From Candidatus Altimarinota bacterium (GTDB lineage Bacteria; Patescibacteriota; Gracilibacteria; 1-14-2-50-48-13), in contig JBKBWQ010000001.1 in assembly GCA_046314355.1 (NCBI GenBank), positions 1,408,001 to 1,472,000 on the forward strand: a stretch of DNA of 64,000 bases. The letters are read 5' to 3'. The notes under the pieces were generated by a model. The model did no database searches, was not told where the DNA came from, and saw only the letters and a program-made list of their open reading frames with translations. Shown piece after piece: positions 37,865-48,556 of this stretch. A program made the position numbers and the translations under genes. The stretch's first letter is position 1. Each line of letters starts with the position of its first letter.

Positions 37865-39028
37865 ATGATCATTAACAAAAAAGGAAACGCATTAGAGGAG
37901 ATTTCTAAATACTCTAACGAAAAAAGAGTATATGATAAAAAAATTGCTACTATTCTCGAAGAGCTCGAGAAAAAAACATTATTACCGTATCAGAGAAATG
38001 AGTTGAGAAATCAGCTCTACTCATACTCTAAAAATCCTATTTTGTCTTTTCAAGATAAGTTAGGGTACATAAAAGAGTGTTTTCATTCGAAGCACTTGAT
38101 AAATGCTTTTACAAAGAGTCGCGGCATTTGCAGCTGTGTAGATGAAGGGGTCTATGCTGACATAAATATCACAGGTGGTGGTATGAATGAAGGCAGGGCA
38201 AGATATGGTCTTGTCTATGAAAGTGTTTTTCTGCCCATAAGGCACGCATTTGAAGGACTGAAGCTTAAATTTATTTGGGCAAATTCAAATGATATTTTGC
38301 TCCCAAGAGAGTATTGTGTCAAACTTTGGCGCAAGATGGCTCTAAAATCTATAATCAGAGTTTATCATTCTCATAGAGGATGTGGGGCTGCTAAGGTAGA
38401 TTTGCTGAGAATAATCAGGATAAATCTTGAAGAAAACAGTGAATTTGCTCTTAGGAGAGCAATGAAGCAATTTCTTGTAAGTTATATTAACAAAGCTGAG
38501 GCTGTTAAATATATTTTATCGGTCATTGCAGGCATGATTACATCAGAAATGGTAGACGCTCATGCAAAAAACTACATAAAAAAAATAAGTGAGGAAGTAG
38601 GAGTCCCTCACGAGCATATAGATATGCTCGATAGACCCGCAATCTATCATCCGGGTGAAATACTGTATTTTGACTTCAGGCAGGACTTAACCTATTCTTT
38701 TCATCCTGAAAAAATAGGAATGCCGCAGGGATATACTCTGCAGGCGGCCGCGACTAAATTTAATAAAAGTATCAAGCGCGCAGCGCTGGTTACTGATATA
38801 GTCTTTGGTCCATCCGGTGCTGGCGGACATGGGTTCGTCAATCCTGATAATAAATTTTTAGTTATTATGCTACATGATCCTGGATATCGGGATAGTGTAG
38901 ACATTGCTAAAAATTCCTTACTAAAGGCAATAAACCACCCTCAGGATTCAATTCATATTGAAAGCTTTCAACCTTACAAAGGAAAAGTTTTGGAATTTGA
39001 AAAGAAACTGAAAGTAGTTTGTGGTTAG
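37865..39028 (+). CDS. Hypothetical protein with carbonic-anhydrase-like metal ligands
   Basis: CSCVDEG and HSHRGCGAA; AAGGAG SD; terminator at 39039-39066. Confidence 0.45.
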   Translation: MIINKKGNALEEISKYSNEKRVYDKKIATILEELEKKTLLPYQRNELRNQLYSYSKNPILSFQDKLGYIKECFHSKHLINAFTKSRGICSCVDEGVYADINITGGGMNEGRARYGLVYESVFLPIRHAFEGLKLKFIWANSNDILLPREYCVKLWRKMALKSIIRVYHSHRGCGAAKVDLLRIIRINLEENSEFALRRAMKQFLVSYINKAEAVKYILSVIAGMITSEMVDAHAKNYIKKISEEVGVPHEHIDMLDRPAIYHPGEILYFDFRQDLTYSFHPEKIGMPQGYTLQAAATKFNKSIKRAALVTDIVFGPSGAGGHGFVNPDNKFLVIMLHDPGYRDSVDIAKNSLLKAINHPQDSIHIESFQPYKGKVLEFEKKLKVVCG

Positions 39029-39132
39029 TAACCAACTTAAAGAGATGTGTGAGCATCTCTTTTTTTCTATCTTGATAAAAAGCTCTCAAAAGTTCATACT
39101 GGAGAGTAACCATTATTATTAACTATTCTACT

Positions 39133-39354
39133 ATGGCAGATGATAATTTTAATCTTATGGAAGAGGAAGATGATGTGGATAATGTCCCAGCTACAGAAAA
39201 GGGGAAACTCTATAGACCAAATCAGGGTGGACTTGATGCGGACGGAGACAGCCTGCCTGCTAGCGGAGATATGAATGAGCAATATGAGCAGGAGGATGAC
39301 GAACAGGAGAATAAAGAGAGCCTCGATGAGTACGAGGATGAGATGAATAATTAA
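39133..39354 (+). CDS. Small highly acidic protein
   Basis: 73 aa, D/E-rich; followed by terminator. Confidence 0.55.
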   Translation: MADDNFNLMEEEDDVDNVPATEKGKLYRPNQGGLDADGDSLPASGDMNEQYEQEDDEQENKESLDEYEDEMNN

Positions 39355-39363
39355 TCTTTACAT

Positions 39364-39403
39364 TAAAAAAACGCTTCGCATTTTACTGCGAAGCGTTTTT
39401 TTA
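39364..39403. terminator. Bidirectional intrinsic terminator
   Basis: AAAAAAACGCTTCGCA-6nt-TGCGAAGCGTTTTTTT. Confidence 0.8.
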
Positions 39404-39408
39404 TGCAA

Positions 39409-39648
39409 TTATGCATTCATATCTTCATCATGTGAAGACTGAGAGTTGTTCTCTCGTACGAGCTCAACGTTTACAGCGTTGATTCCTCGATCAGACTCCT
39501 GCTCGTCATAGCTAAGACGATCTCCAGTTCGAAGATCATCAAACATAACTCCTCGAAGCTGCTTAGCGTGGAAGAATATATCAGGACCCTTTTCATCAGG
39601 AGTGATAAATCCGAATCCAGCTTTTAAAGTTTTGATTACACCAGTCAT
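39409..39648 (-). CDS. Cold-shock domain protein
   Basis: GFGFITPD, DIFFH, G..A.NV; start MTGVIK at 39648. Confidence 0.88.
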   Translation of the reverse strand: MTGVIKTLKAGFGFITPDEKGPDIFFHAKQLRGVMFDDLRTGDRLSYDEQESDRGINAVNVELVRENNSQSSHDEDMNA

Positions 39649-39761
39649 AATTTGAGGTGTGAAAGAATAAAGTACAAATGACGTGATGTAGACAAGATGT
39701 ACCTTATAACAACAACAACCCCTTTTGATTGATGTAACGATACACGATAAAAAAAGTTTTG

Positions 39762-40466
39762 TCAAACTTTATCTTCATTTAAATATATTTCTTTGAAGAT
39801 TTCGTTATCTTTTACATATTCTTCATTACTTTCGTTTGAGCTATCCTGCAGATACTGCCAGTTCCAGCAAAGCTGATCTTTTACCTGAAATCCAAAGTAA
39901 GAGAGTACTTCTTTTTCTGTTTCCAGGACTTCTTTACCTCTCCAGTTGTGACCCGTAACAATAATACCCGCATCAATATGACCAAGAATATTATCTTCCT
40001 TCAAAGTAGAATGTCTATTCTCAAGCCATGTGAGACGCTCAATAAGTTTTTGATACATGCTATTAGTCTGTCCCCAGCGTACAGATGTGAAAAATACTAC
40101 TGCCTCAGACATAAGTAACGCCTTGCTTACTTTCCAAAGTTCATCTGATGGATTATTAATACTTGCCCAGCATCTATGATTTCCCGAAGGATTCTTTTCT
40201 TTGTCTGCGAGGAGGGCATCCTTTAGACCGCAGGTATTACCTCTTGCAGTAGAGACGTTACCTTCACAGGGAAAAATATTCAGTGAGGGAATATCAATGA
40301 GAGTCACTTTTTCTTTTCCTACAATCTGGGCGAGATGATGTGCAAGCTGAGTACTTTTAGGCTGTTCTCCTCCGTGCTCGTCCTTCCATCTATTTGAAGT
40401 GGTGAGGAAAAGTATACGTTTTTTATTTTTCAGCGCTGATATCGTAGAGAAAAGATGAGACTCCAT
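39762..40466 (-). CDS. Flavodoxin/NADPH-dependent FMN reductase-like protein
   Basis: TTSNR, PKST.LA, CEGNVS, HRCWAS, SVRWG. Confidence 0.7.
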   Translation of the reverse strand: MESHLFSTISALKNKKRILFLTTSNRWKDEHGGEQPKSTQLAHHLAQIVGKEKVTLIDIPSLNIFPCEGNVSTARGNTCGLKDALLADKEKNPSGNHRCWASINNPSDELWKVSKALLMSEAVVFFTSVRWGQTNSMYQKLIERLTWLENRHSTLKEDNILGHIDAGIIVTGHNWRGKEVLETEKEVLSYFGFQVKDQLCWNWQYLQDSSNESNEEYVKDNEIFKEIYLNEDKV

Positions 40467-40591
40467 AGAGAAAAAGGAAATATTTATTTAAGTATAACAT
40501 GAAGCAGCTACACTGCTTAGATAATATTTTCTTGCAACTAAAACATGAAAAAGCATATAATTACTATATATAATAATTATGACAATATATA

Positions 40592-41251
40592 ATGGAACAT
40601 TACAGAGACAATAATTTGGAGCACGGAGAAAAAAATGAAGTAAGTGAAATGTTAAATAATCTAAAAGACAATTTATATCTCCCAACACCAGAGCAGTTTG
40701 AAAAACTAGAAAGTGCAGCAGATGAAGATATTGAGAAAATCATCATTTTCTTTAACAATATGTATAATCTATTTCCAGTGAATACTGCATGGGAAAATAA
40801 TATGAACCAGACAAGAACCCGTGCAGCAGAAATCTATCATAGTATTTTATCTGTAAAGAGTGCAGTAGGGAAGATTCTTGCCGAAAACAAGAGCGATGAA
40901 GATAAAAAGATAGACCTTGCAAACACGTTTCCTAAAGAGCAGAAGATTCCGCTCACAGCTCGCAAAGTAGTAGATGAGGTATTGTCAGAAAACTTAACTG
41001 ATGAATACAAGGATTCATTTGATCAACATACAGATGCTGTCTTGCAGAAATATTCTGATATGATGAATGAAAAACCACTTCGGAAAGAAGCGCGGGAGAT
41101 TTTCGAAAGATTAGCTCAGAATAGTTCAGTCTTTGTCCCCACTGAAGAGGACTTTAGATTACGAAATAATATGAAACTACTTCCTTTCTATACAAGCTTT
41201 TATATTGAAATGCGTAAAAAAGGTTTTGAACATGGTTCACTGCGAGCTTAG
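40592..41251 (+). CDS. Hypothetical protein
   Basis: 219-aa ORF, no recognised motif. Confidence 0.5.
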   Translation: MEHYRDNNLEHGEKNEVSEMLNNLKDNLYLPTPEQFEKLESAADEDIEKIIIFFNNMYNLFPVNTAWENNMNQTRTRAAEIYHSILSVKSAVGKILAENKSDEDKKIDLANTFPKEQKIPLTARKVVDEVLSENLTDEYKDSFDQHTDAVLQKYSDMMNEKPLRKEAREIFERLAQNSSVFVPTEEDFRLRNNMKLLPFYTSFYIEMRKKGFEHGSLRA

Positions 41252-41655
41252 TTAACGGTTCTTTTCTTTAAACTTTTTTCTATCTTTCTCTCCATCGTAA
41301 ACTCCTCCTCCATATCTTTGAGTTCTCTTGTGAGAAATATACTCAGAATTGTTCTGATGACGATGATAGCTCCAAGTTTGCCGAGATCATCCCAGGAAGG
41401 ATCAATAATAGTATCTACGATATCCTTACCAATCAAAAACTCCAGACCAAGTGCAAGGTGCTGACCGAGTTCTATACGTATCTGCATAAGCAGGTTCTCT
41501 TTTCTAAAGAACTGCAGTGCGAAGAGGTAGATACCCTTTATGACTCCCATACTTATCACTAGTATACCTATAAACCCAAAGGTGCCTGCAAGAAAATCTC
41601 TTAAAACATCTAGATTGAGTAGAGATAGGATAGTTTCTGAAGAACTATGAAACAT
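41248..41655 (-). CDS. DUF1622 membrane protein
   Basis: LGLEFLIGKDI, PSWDDLGKLGAIIVIRTILS.FL. Confidence 0.85.
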   Translation of the reverse strand: MFHSSSETILSLLNLDVLRDFLAGTFGFIGILVISMGVIKGIYLFALQFFRKENLLMQIRIELGQHLALGLEFLIGKDIVDTIIDPSWDDLGKLGAIIVIRTILSIFLTRELKDMEEEFTMERKIEKSLKKRTVN

Positions 41656-41782
41656 AGAATAAGATTGGATATATCATCTTATTGTACTACGCTTGAGTGA
41701 AACTGCGCAAGTGGCTGCACAAATAAATTGAAATCCTTATCGGATATGATAGGATCCATACACTATATGTATTTTTTCCCTT

Positions 41783-42328
41783 ATGAAATTTATCTTTGAA
41801 CCGCAAAATATCCCTGAAGTTATACTTATTACTCCTACGAGATTTCAGGATGAACGTGGATTTTTTATGGAGAGTTATCATAAAGAGGCATTTGCGGAAG
41901 GCGGCATCAATGTTGAATTTGTACAGGATAATCATTCCAGATCCAGCAAAGGCGTATTGAGAGGTATGCATTTTCAGAAAGGAGCTCATGCTCAGGGAAA
42001 GCTTGTACGTGCAACTCAGGGAGAAATATTTGATGTCGCAGTGGATATCAGAAAAGATTCTCCAACATACGGCAATTGGGTAGGAGTTTTACTTTCAGTT
42101 GAGAATGCCCAGATGCTCTACGTCCCTGCAGGATTTGCTCACGGATTTATGGTTACGAGTGAATGGGCAGAGGTACAGTATAAAGCGACAAATTTTTATC
42201 ATCCTGAGTCAGAAGGAGGCCTGCTTTGGAATGATCCTGAAGTAGGAGTGATATGGCCTGCTATTGAAAATCCGACCATTGCTCCAAGGGATGCTGCATG
42301 GCCGGTACTCAAAGATATCACTGAGTAA
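41783..42328 (+). CDS. rmlC: dTDP-4-dehydrorhamnose 3,5-epimerase
   Basis: DERGFF, QDNHS.S..GVLRGMHFQ, GFAHGF. Confidence 0.95.
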   Translation: MKFIFEPQNIPEVILITPTRFQDERGFFMESYHKEAFAEGGINVEFVQDNHSRSSKGVLRGMHFQKGAHAQGKLVRATQGEIFDVAVDIRKDSPTYGNWVGVLLSVENAQMLYVPAGFAHGFMVTSEWAEVQYKATNFYHPESEGGLLWNDPEVGVIWPAIENPTIAPRDAAWPVLKDITE

Positions 42329-42331
42329 GAA

Positions 42332-43171
42332 TTATTTTCTTGAAAGAAAATCAAATAGCTCATCCCTCCAGTCGGGTATCTCGATTTGGAGGTCATGAGC
42401 TATTTTTGAATTATCCATAGCTGAGAATGTTGGTCTTTTGGCAGGCAGATTCCAGGTAGTGATTGAGACTTCTTCAATGCTTTTCTTCATACCTTTTATC
42501 TTTAGAATCTCTCTTGCCCAGTCTGCTCTTGAGCAATATCCAGAGTTTACTACGTGATAAAGACCCGAAAGGTCTTTATCGAGAGCTTTTAAAGTAAGCT
42601 CCACTAGTAGTCTCGTGGATGTGGGTACGGATATCTCATCAAAGGTGCCGGGAAGTATGTCCTTCTGCTCAGCATTTTTTAAAAATTTGAAGATGAAATT
42701 CTGTTCTCCATCTCCGTACACCCAGCTGGTTCTTAGTACAAGATGTTCTGGGTAGACAAGAACCTCCTGCTCACCGTGAGCTTTGCTTTTGCCATATTCA
42801 TTGAGAGGCTGCTGAGGATCTTCTTCGGTATAGAGCGTCTTTTTATTGCCGTCGAATACGTAATCACTTCCATAATGTACAAGTTTTGCACCGTATTCAT
42901 GGGCAAACTGTGCAAGCTTCTTAAGCGCTTCACTATTTGTTTTGTAGGAATCTATTTTTCCTTCATTTTCAGCCTTATCTACAAGGTTATATGCAGATGT
43001 ATTGATGATGTGAGTGGGCTTTACTGATAATATTAGTTTTTCCAACGCAGATGTGTCTGTGATGTCACACTCGCTATGCCCAACTGCGGTATAAGAAATA
43101 TTTCGTTCAATAAGCTCTTTTTCAAATGCTTTTCCAAGCTGCCCGTTTTTACCGATGAGAAGGATATTCAT
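42332..43171 (-). CDS. rmlD: dTDP-4-dehydrorhamnose reductase
   Basis: GKNGQLG, SDYVFDG, YGKSK, LRTSWVY, AKRP. Confidence 0.93.
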   Translation of the reverse strand: MNILLIGKNGQLGKAFEKELIERNISYTAVGHSECDITDTSALEKLILSVKPTHIINTSAYNLVDKAENEGKIDSYKTNSEALKKLAQFAHEYGAKLVHYGSDYVFDGNKKTLYTEEDPQQPLNEYGKSKAHGEQEVLVYPEHLVLRTSWVYGDGEQNFIFKFLKNAEQKDILPGTFDEISVPTSTRLLVELTLKALDKDLSGLYHVVNSGYCSRADWAREILKIKGMKKSIEEVSITTWNLPAKRPTFSAMDNSKIAHDLQIEIPDWRDELFDFLSRK

Positions 43172-43175
43172 AACG

Positions 43176-43823
43176 TTATGAAATGGATAAATTCTGTAAT
43201 TCTTTTATGCGTGCCTTAAATGGTTTTGTAATTATCGCGTGTGCTTTGATATAAACGATAATATCCTTCATATGCTGTACCATTTTTGGGTACTTTTCTT
43301 CAAGCATAGGGTAAAAAAACTCTTCTGTTCCTTTTATCATTCTCTGCTTCTTACTTCTCTTCGGCTGTACATAGGTAGAGTAGAGATTTGCGATGCGGTC
43401 GCAGGACTTGTGAAAGAGACATGCAGGACGTGCCAGAAGACGTTTCTGGTAATCTTCGACGCTCATCCTCGCACCTCCCTCAGTATGAGAAAGTGCCCGT
43501 ACATTATCAGCTACCTCGGTACCGAATAATTCTGCAATCTCATCGTAAGAGGTCTCCGTATCTTCAATAGTATCATGCAGCAGGAGAGTTACTATATCAT
43601 CTGCATTGCCTTTATTCTCATAAGCAATCAGGGCTGCGAGTACGCAGTGAGAAATGTAAGGAGTTCCTTCGTCCCGCTGCTGCGCATGATGTTTCTTTGT
43701 AGCAAAGGTGAGCGCTTTCTCTATGGTTTTCTGTTCTTTTTTTGAAAAAGAGACGATCGCTTCCTTGAGCTTCTCTTCTATTTTTTCCGGATATAATACT
43801 ATCTTAAAATACTCTGAATTCAT
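43176..43823 (-). CDS. HD-domain (p)ppGpp hydrolase-like protein
   Basis: H..Q.R..GTPYISH, LLHDTIEDT, K..DR..NL. Confidence 0.8.
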   Translation of the reverse strand: MNSEYFKIVLYPEKIEEKLKEAIVSFSKKEQKTIEKALTFATKKHHAQQRDEGTPYISHCVLAALIAYENKGNADDIVTLLLHDTIEDTETSYDEIAELFGTEVADNVRALSHTEGGARMSVEDYQKRLLARPACLFHKSCDRIANLYSTYVQPKRSKKQRMIKGTEEFFYPMLEEKYPKMVQHMKDIIVYIKAHAIITKPFKARIKELQNLSIS

Positions 43824-43913
43824 AAATCTGCTCGAAATCTAATATATAAAGTCTTTGAAAATACGTACTTTATCATACAGTTCTAGTTGTTGAGATCAAT
43901 CTCATTATTTGGA

Positions 43914-44798
43914 TTATCCGTGTTGGATGACTAGTGTTTTGTGAGAAGATTCTATTTTTTCTGAAAGGAGCTCTTCTACAGTGACAAATGTGTAGCCTTG
44001 TTCTTTAAGGATGGGAATGAGAGTAGAAACTGTATCAACGCTTGTGGCATGTATGTCGTGGAGTAGAATGATATCTCTATCTTTTACGTGTTTGAGAATA
44101 TACTCCTGAATATAGGTACTGTCATGGTGCTGCCAGTCTTTTGTGTCGATGCTCCAGAGAACAAGATCATATGTGCTCCATTGTTCTAGGGCTTTATTCA
44201 GGGTACCGTAAGGGGGTCTCAAAAATAGAGGTATTCGCTTTGTAAGGCGCTCTATAACTTCATCGGTTTGTCGAATCTCTTTTAATAACTGCTCTTGAGA
44301 GAGTTTAGTAAGGTCTTTATGATCCCAGGAATGATTTTCGATTTCATGACCTTCTGCAAAGGCTCTTTTTATAATCTCGGGATGGGCTTCTGCATTTTTA
44401 CCAAGGACAAAAAAGGTAGCTTTTACACGCTCTGTTTTGAGAATATCTAAAAGACGAGGTGTTTCTTTTTTGCTTGGACCATCATCAAATGTCAGCGCAA
44501 TGAGCTTCGTACCTGTAGAAGTAAGAGTGGGTGCAGAGGTATGGAAAATCCGCATATTTGGTCTAAACCGGGGCTCCACAGGAATATTTACGTAAAAAAG
44601 CGGTGCTTGTTTTTTAGGGGCAGTGGTATTTGCGGGGAGCTCTGCTGGAAGAGAATAAAAGTATCTAGCAGCTTCCACATACTCATGCATATGTTCACTA
44701 TGCTGATTCCCTAGAAGAAAAAGAGCTGCAATACTAAGAAAAAGGGACATACGGAGAGGAAAATTAGATCTTCCTATAAGTATATCCCTTAGTCTCAC
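43914..44798 (-). CDS. Polysaccharide deacetylase (CE4)
   Basis: LTFDDGP, NHSWDH, RPPYG, LLHD; start uncertain. Confidence 0.9.
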   Translation of the reverse strand: MRLRDILIGRSNFPLRMSLFLSIAALFLLGNQHSEHMHEYVEAARYFYSLPAELPANTTAPKKQAPLFYVNIPVEPRFRPNMRIFHTSAPTLTSTGTKLIALTFDDGPSKKETPRLLDILKTERVKATFFVLGKNAEAHPEIIKRAFAEGHEIENHSWDHKDLTKLSQEQLLKEIRQTDEVIERLTKRIPLFLRPPYGTLNKALEQWSTYDLVLWSIDTKDWQHHDSTYIQEYILKHVKDRDIILLHDIHATSVDTVSTLIPILKEQGYTFVTVEELLSEKIESSHKTLVIQHG

Positions 44799-44850
44799 TT
44801 TCTCTCAATAGTCTCTTATTGCGGAAATATGAGACTAGTATGGAGTGTTA

Positions 44851-45483
44851 TTAGTTGATTTCAACTACAACATCTTCTTTTGGATAGCGCATTTTTGCTC
44901 GAAGAGCTGAGTGATCTTCGTCACTTCTGTAGCCTACTGGACAAATTGCGCGGATTTTGTATCCGTCTACTACAGATCCTAATATTCTCTCAAACTCTTC
45001 TTTATTGAATCCTTCCATAGGACAAGCATCGATTTCCTTAAGAGCAGCTACTGTTAAAAGGTTGCCAAGTGCAATATAGATCTGATTTGCGTTCCAGAGT
45101 TCTACCTGCTCAGGAGTCATTCTATCCCGAGCACCTGTTACTACACTTTTTAGACCTTCAAGCACTGCACTTTCTATACCCTGTGCCTGTGCCGTACTCT
45201 CAATAAACTTTATAATGTCAGCATCGCTGATTTCTTTCTTACTTGCAAGAACGATGAGGTGAGAAGCGTCAGTAACCTGAGACTGTCCCCATGCATGTTC
45301 TCTGAGCTGCTGGCGGATCTCAGGATTGCGTACCACTATAAATTTCCATGGCTGTAGACCGAAAGATGATGCTGTAAGGCGTAGTGCTTCAAGAAGTTCA
45401 TTGAAATCCTCCTCAGAAAGTTTTTTTGACGGATCAAAGGTTTTTGTCGCATATCTCCATTCAAGACTTTTAATTATGTTCAT
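44851..45483 (-). CDS. Nitroreductase (NfsB-like)
   Basis: WRYATK.FD, SSFGLQPW, DACPMEGF. Confidence 0.9.
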   Translation of the reverse strand: MNIIKSLEWRYATKTFDPSKKLSEEDFNELLEALRLTASSFGLQPWKFIVVRNPEIRQQLREHAWGQSQVTDASHLIVLASKKEISDADIIKFIESTAQAQGIESAVLEGLKSVVTGARDRMTPEQVELWNANQIYIALGNLLTVAALKEIDACPMEGFNKEEFERILGSVVDGYKIRAICPVGYRSDEDHSALRAKMRYPKEDVVVEIN

Positions 45484-45547
45484 ATTCCAAATTAATAAAT
45501 AGTTACTTACATATAGTAAGTAAATTGAAAGGAGATGTAAAGAGCTT

Positions 45548-46018
45548 TTAAGAAAGAATATTTACTGAATCTTTTGTGCTACTCAGTGCTGTCTTTATCT
45601 TTTCTTTTATCTCAACCTTTGTATTGTCTGCAGTAGCATTGATTTTTGCAAGGTACACATGAAGACCATGGTATGTCAGAATCTCCTTAGGTTCCTTGTG
45701 GGGGACACGTTTATCATGAAAAGCTACAGCATTGATGGTGTTATGTTCTTGAAGAGTACGACCGATATATGCGCTTTCATACTTTTTCTTATCCTGATTG
45801 TAGATACATATAAGGCTGCCTACGGCATCTTCAAGCTTTAGTTTTGTCAGATCAAATCTATAGGATGGCATTCCTGTATTATCAGGATCATCTATTTCAG
45901 TAATGGGATCATTCTCATGCAGAGCTAGGAAATATTCCTGTTGGTGCATACTCATTTTTTCCACCATATCAGATAGCTCAAAATCTGCGGAGGATGAATT
46001 ATTGATTCGGTTGTTCAT
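45548..46018 (-). CDS. Hypothetical protein
   Basis: 156-aa ORF. Confidence 0.45.
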   Translation of the reverse strand: MNNRINNSSSADFELSDMVEKMSMHQQEYFLALHENDPITEIDDPDNTGMPSYRFDLTKLKLEDAVGSLICIYNQDKKKYESAYIGRTLQEHNTINAVAFHDKRVPHKEPKEILTYHGLHVYLAKINATADNTKVEIKEKIKTALSSTKDSVNILS

Positions 46019-46148
46019 AAAAATCGTCTAAAAAATAGCGTGAACACATTAGTGGTCTGTAAGTTTTTTGCAAGATAACATTATTAAGATTGTCTTCTCT
46101 CAAAGAATTCTCTACAATAGCCTTTGTTTATACTGATTGATCGTAAGC

Positions 46149-47681
46149 ATGGTAACTACCAGAAAAATCCTTTCCAATACCTTTGCGCAGATTGTAGGAA
46201 AAGTGGGACTATCACTGCTTGGATTTCTCTCAGCAAAATTGGTCGCAGTCTACCTTACTCTCCCTGAGAGAGGTCATTATGAGTATGCATTCAATTTTCT
46301 CGCACTAGCAGGTACCTTTGCAGATATGGGACTGTATACTATTGCAATACGCGAGTATTCAAAAAAAGAAGAGCCAGCTGAAAAGGTTTTAGGAAATATT
46401 CTTTCCATACGAAATGCTTTAAGTATTTTAGTACTCACAATTGCTTTGATACTGTTATTGATCGTTCCTTCTTTTAGAGAGCGGGGACCGACATTTATAG
46501 TAGCAGTGCTTCTTGCTGGAGGGGCAATGATGCTCTCACTTTTGAATGGAACTATCACTGGTGTACTGCAGGCCGAGTACAAGATGAAACAAGCATCATT
46601 TTCTCAAGTATTGGGGAAGATACTCAATATTCTACTCATGGCGCTGGGTATTTTTGCGTTATTTCCTAAAAATTCTCCTGGAGAGCCTGTAAGTTTCTGG
46701 GGATTTGAGTGGCTCTATTTTGCTGCTCTGTTAGGGAATCTGGCAATGTATATGTATACACGTCACCAGGTAAAAAAGATTTTGCCCATCAAATACAGAT
46801 TTGACTGGGATTACTGGAAAAAGCTTTTTAAGGATGCTTTTCCATATGGACTTGCACTGACACTCGGACTTTTCTATTTTAAAATCGATGTCCTTCTGAT
46901 TCCAGCCTTTATGTCCAAGGAGCTTGCAGATCAGCAGATCGCGATTTATGTGGGTGCCGTGAAGATTCTTGAAAATGTAAGCATCATTCCTCTTTTCTTT
47001 CTGAATGCACTGCTACCTCTGATGCTTAGTCTTATAAAAGAGAAAAACTATGAGAAACTGAGAGCTGTGATCCAGTCCTCATTTGATCTGCTTTTCATGA
47101 TGTCGGCTCCTCTTGTGATCGCAACATATATCTTGGCATATCCGATTATTTTTGTGACAAATAAAGGAGACTATCTTTCCAATCTTTCAGCAGGATTTTT
47201 CGGATCGGATATCATTCTTCAGATTGTTATCTTTTCAGTGTTTTTCTCATATCTGAATCTTCTATTCAACTTTCTTCTTGTCGCTCAGGGGTCACAAAAG
47301 AGACTTATCTATATCAATGGTCTCACGCTTTTATTTAATTTGGTGAGTAATATCCTATTTATACCAAAGTTTGGAATCGTTGCGTGTGCTGTGAATACTG
47401 TTATTTGTGAATTTATTGTCCTTGTGTGTACATATCATTTCTCAAAGCAGGGAATAGAGTTCCGTATAGGAATGAGTAGAGTAATCAGGATACTTATTGC
47501 TGCCTTATTTATGGGTGGAGTGCTTATGATGACAAAGGAATGGTTTGTGGTGAATTTTGGATCACTGATTGGACTAGCACTACTATTTATACAGGCATGT
47601 ATGGTGTATGGTATTATATTGATAGCACTGAAAGTCATCAATAAAGATATTATGCGTCTTCTAAAAAGGACTGAAGATTAA
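46149..47681 (+). CDS. Polysaccharide flippase (Wzx/MurJ-like)
   Basis: 12-14 hydrophobic segments, NTFAQIVGK, DMGL, YFKID, FIPKFG. Confidence 0.85.
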   Translation: MVTTRKILSNTFAQIVGKVGLSLLGFLSAKLVAVYLTLPERGHYEYAFNFLALAGTFADMGLYTIAIREYSKKEEPAEKVLGNILSIRNALSILVLTIALILLLIVPSFRERGPTFIVAVLLAGGAMMLSLLNGTITGVLQAEYKMKQASFSQVLGKILNILLMALGIFALFPKNSPGEPVSFWGFEWLYFAALLGNLAMYMYTRHQVKKILPIKYRFDWDYWKKLFKDAFPYGLALTLGLFYFKIDVLLIPAFMSKELADQQIAIYVGAVKILENVSIIPLFFLNALLPLMLSLIKEKNYEKLRAVIQSSFDLLFMMSAPLVIATYILAYPIIFVTNKGDYLSNLSAGFFGSDIILQIVIFSVFFSYLNLLFNFLLVAQGSQKRLIYINGLTLLFNLVSNILFIPKFGIVACAVNTVICEFIVLVCTYHFSKQGIEFRIGMSRVIRILIAALFMGGVLMMTKEWFVVNFGSLIGLALLFIQACMVYGIILIALKVINKDIMRLLKRTED

Positions 47682-47691
47682 TCTGATTACT

Positions 47692-48534
47692 ATGTTTCCT
47701 CTCAAAAAAATATTCAAGTTTCTCACCACTGCTTTTAACCGGTGGAATGAGCATGAAGCCACTTCTATGGCTGCATCTCTTTCCTATTTTGCCATATTTT
47801 CCATCGCGCCGCTGCTGGTCATGATGCTGGGTATTGCAGGGTTAGTATTTGATCAGGCATATGTGCAGACGCAGATTCTCGCATACCTTGCAGCACTCCT
47901 TGGTGCTCAGGCATCTACACTTATTGGAGATCTGCTGCTTACACAGCTCAATCCAACCACGAGCTACTTTGCCCTCATCTTTGGTATCGTCACTTTGATA
48001 TTGGGTGCTACTGGTATTGTGGGACAGCTCCAGAATATTCTCAATAAAATCTGGGAAATCCCGGGAAACAAGCGAAGCGGTGTAGGGTATCTCATTAAAA
48101 GTAAGATTGCTGCAGTGATTCTTGTCTTTGTACTCGCTGTGCTTTTGATTGTATCCATACTACTGAGCACATTTGTCTCATATCTCAATAGCTATCTGCC
48201 CCTCTATATGGCAGTGGTTCCTCTTTCTGATACTTTACTGACATTGTTTTTTCTGACATTATTCTTTATTATAGTATTTGGATATCTTCCGCATCGAAAG
48301 CCAAATCTGCTGAAAGTATTACCTGGTGCTCTAATAACTGCGATCCTTATTTTCTTAGGGAAGTATGCAGTCAGTATCTATCTCTCATCGAGTAAATCTA
48401 TTTCCGCCTTTGGAGCAGCAAGTGCTCTTGTGATCTTGCTTCTATGGATCTACTTTATGAGTCTTCTCATCCTCTTTGGAGCTGAGATTACACGTATGCT
48501 GGAGGAAAGAAGCACTACGCCCGCAACTACATAA
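47692..48534 (+). CDS. YihY/BrkB family membrane protein
   Basis: AASLSYFAIFSIAP, LNKIW, FGAA...LLWIY..LFGAE. Confidence 0.9.
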   Translation: MFPLKKIFKFLTTAFNRWNEHEATSMAASLSYFAIFSIAPLLVMMLGIAGLVFDQAYVQTQILAYLAALLGAQASTLIGDLLLTQLNPTTSYFALIFGIVTLILGATGIVGQLQNILNKIWEIPGNKRSGVGYLIKSKIAAVILVFVLAVLLIVSILLSTFVSYLNSYLPLYMAVVPLSDTLLTLFFLTLFFIIVFGYLPHRKPNLLKVLPGALITAILIFLGKYAVSIYLSSSKSISAFGAASALVILLLWIYFMSLLILFGAEITRMLEERSTTPATT

Positions 48535-48556
48535 TTTATTCTTCTTATAAGACTCT

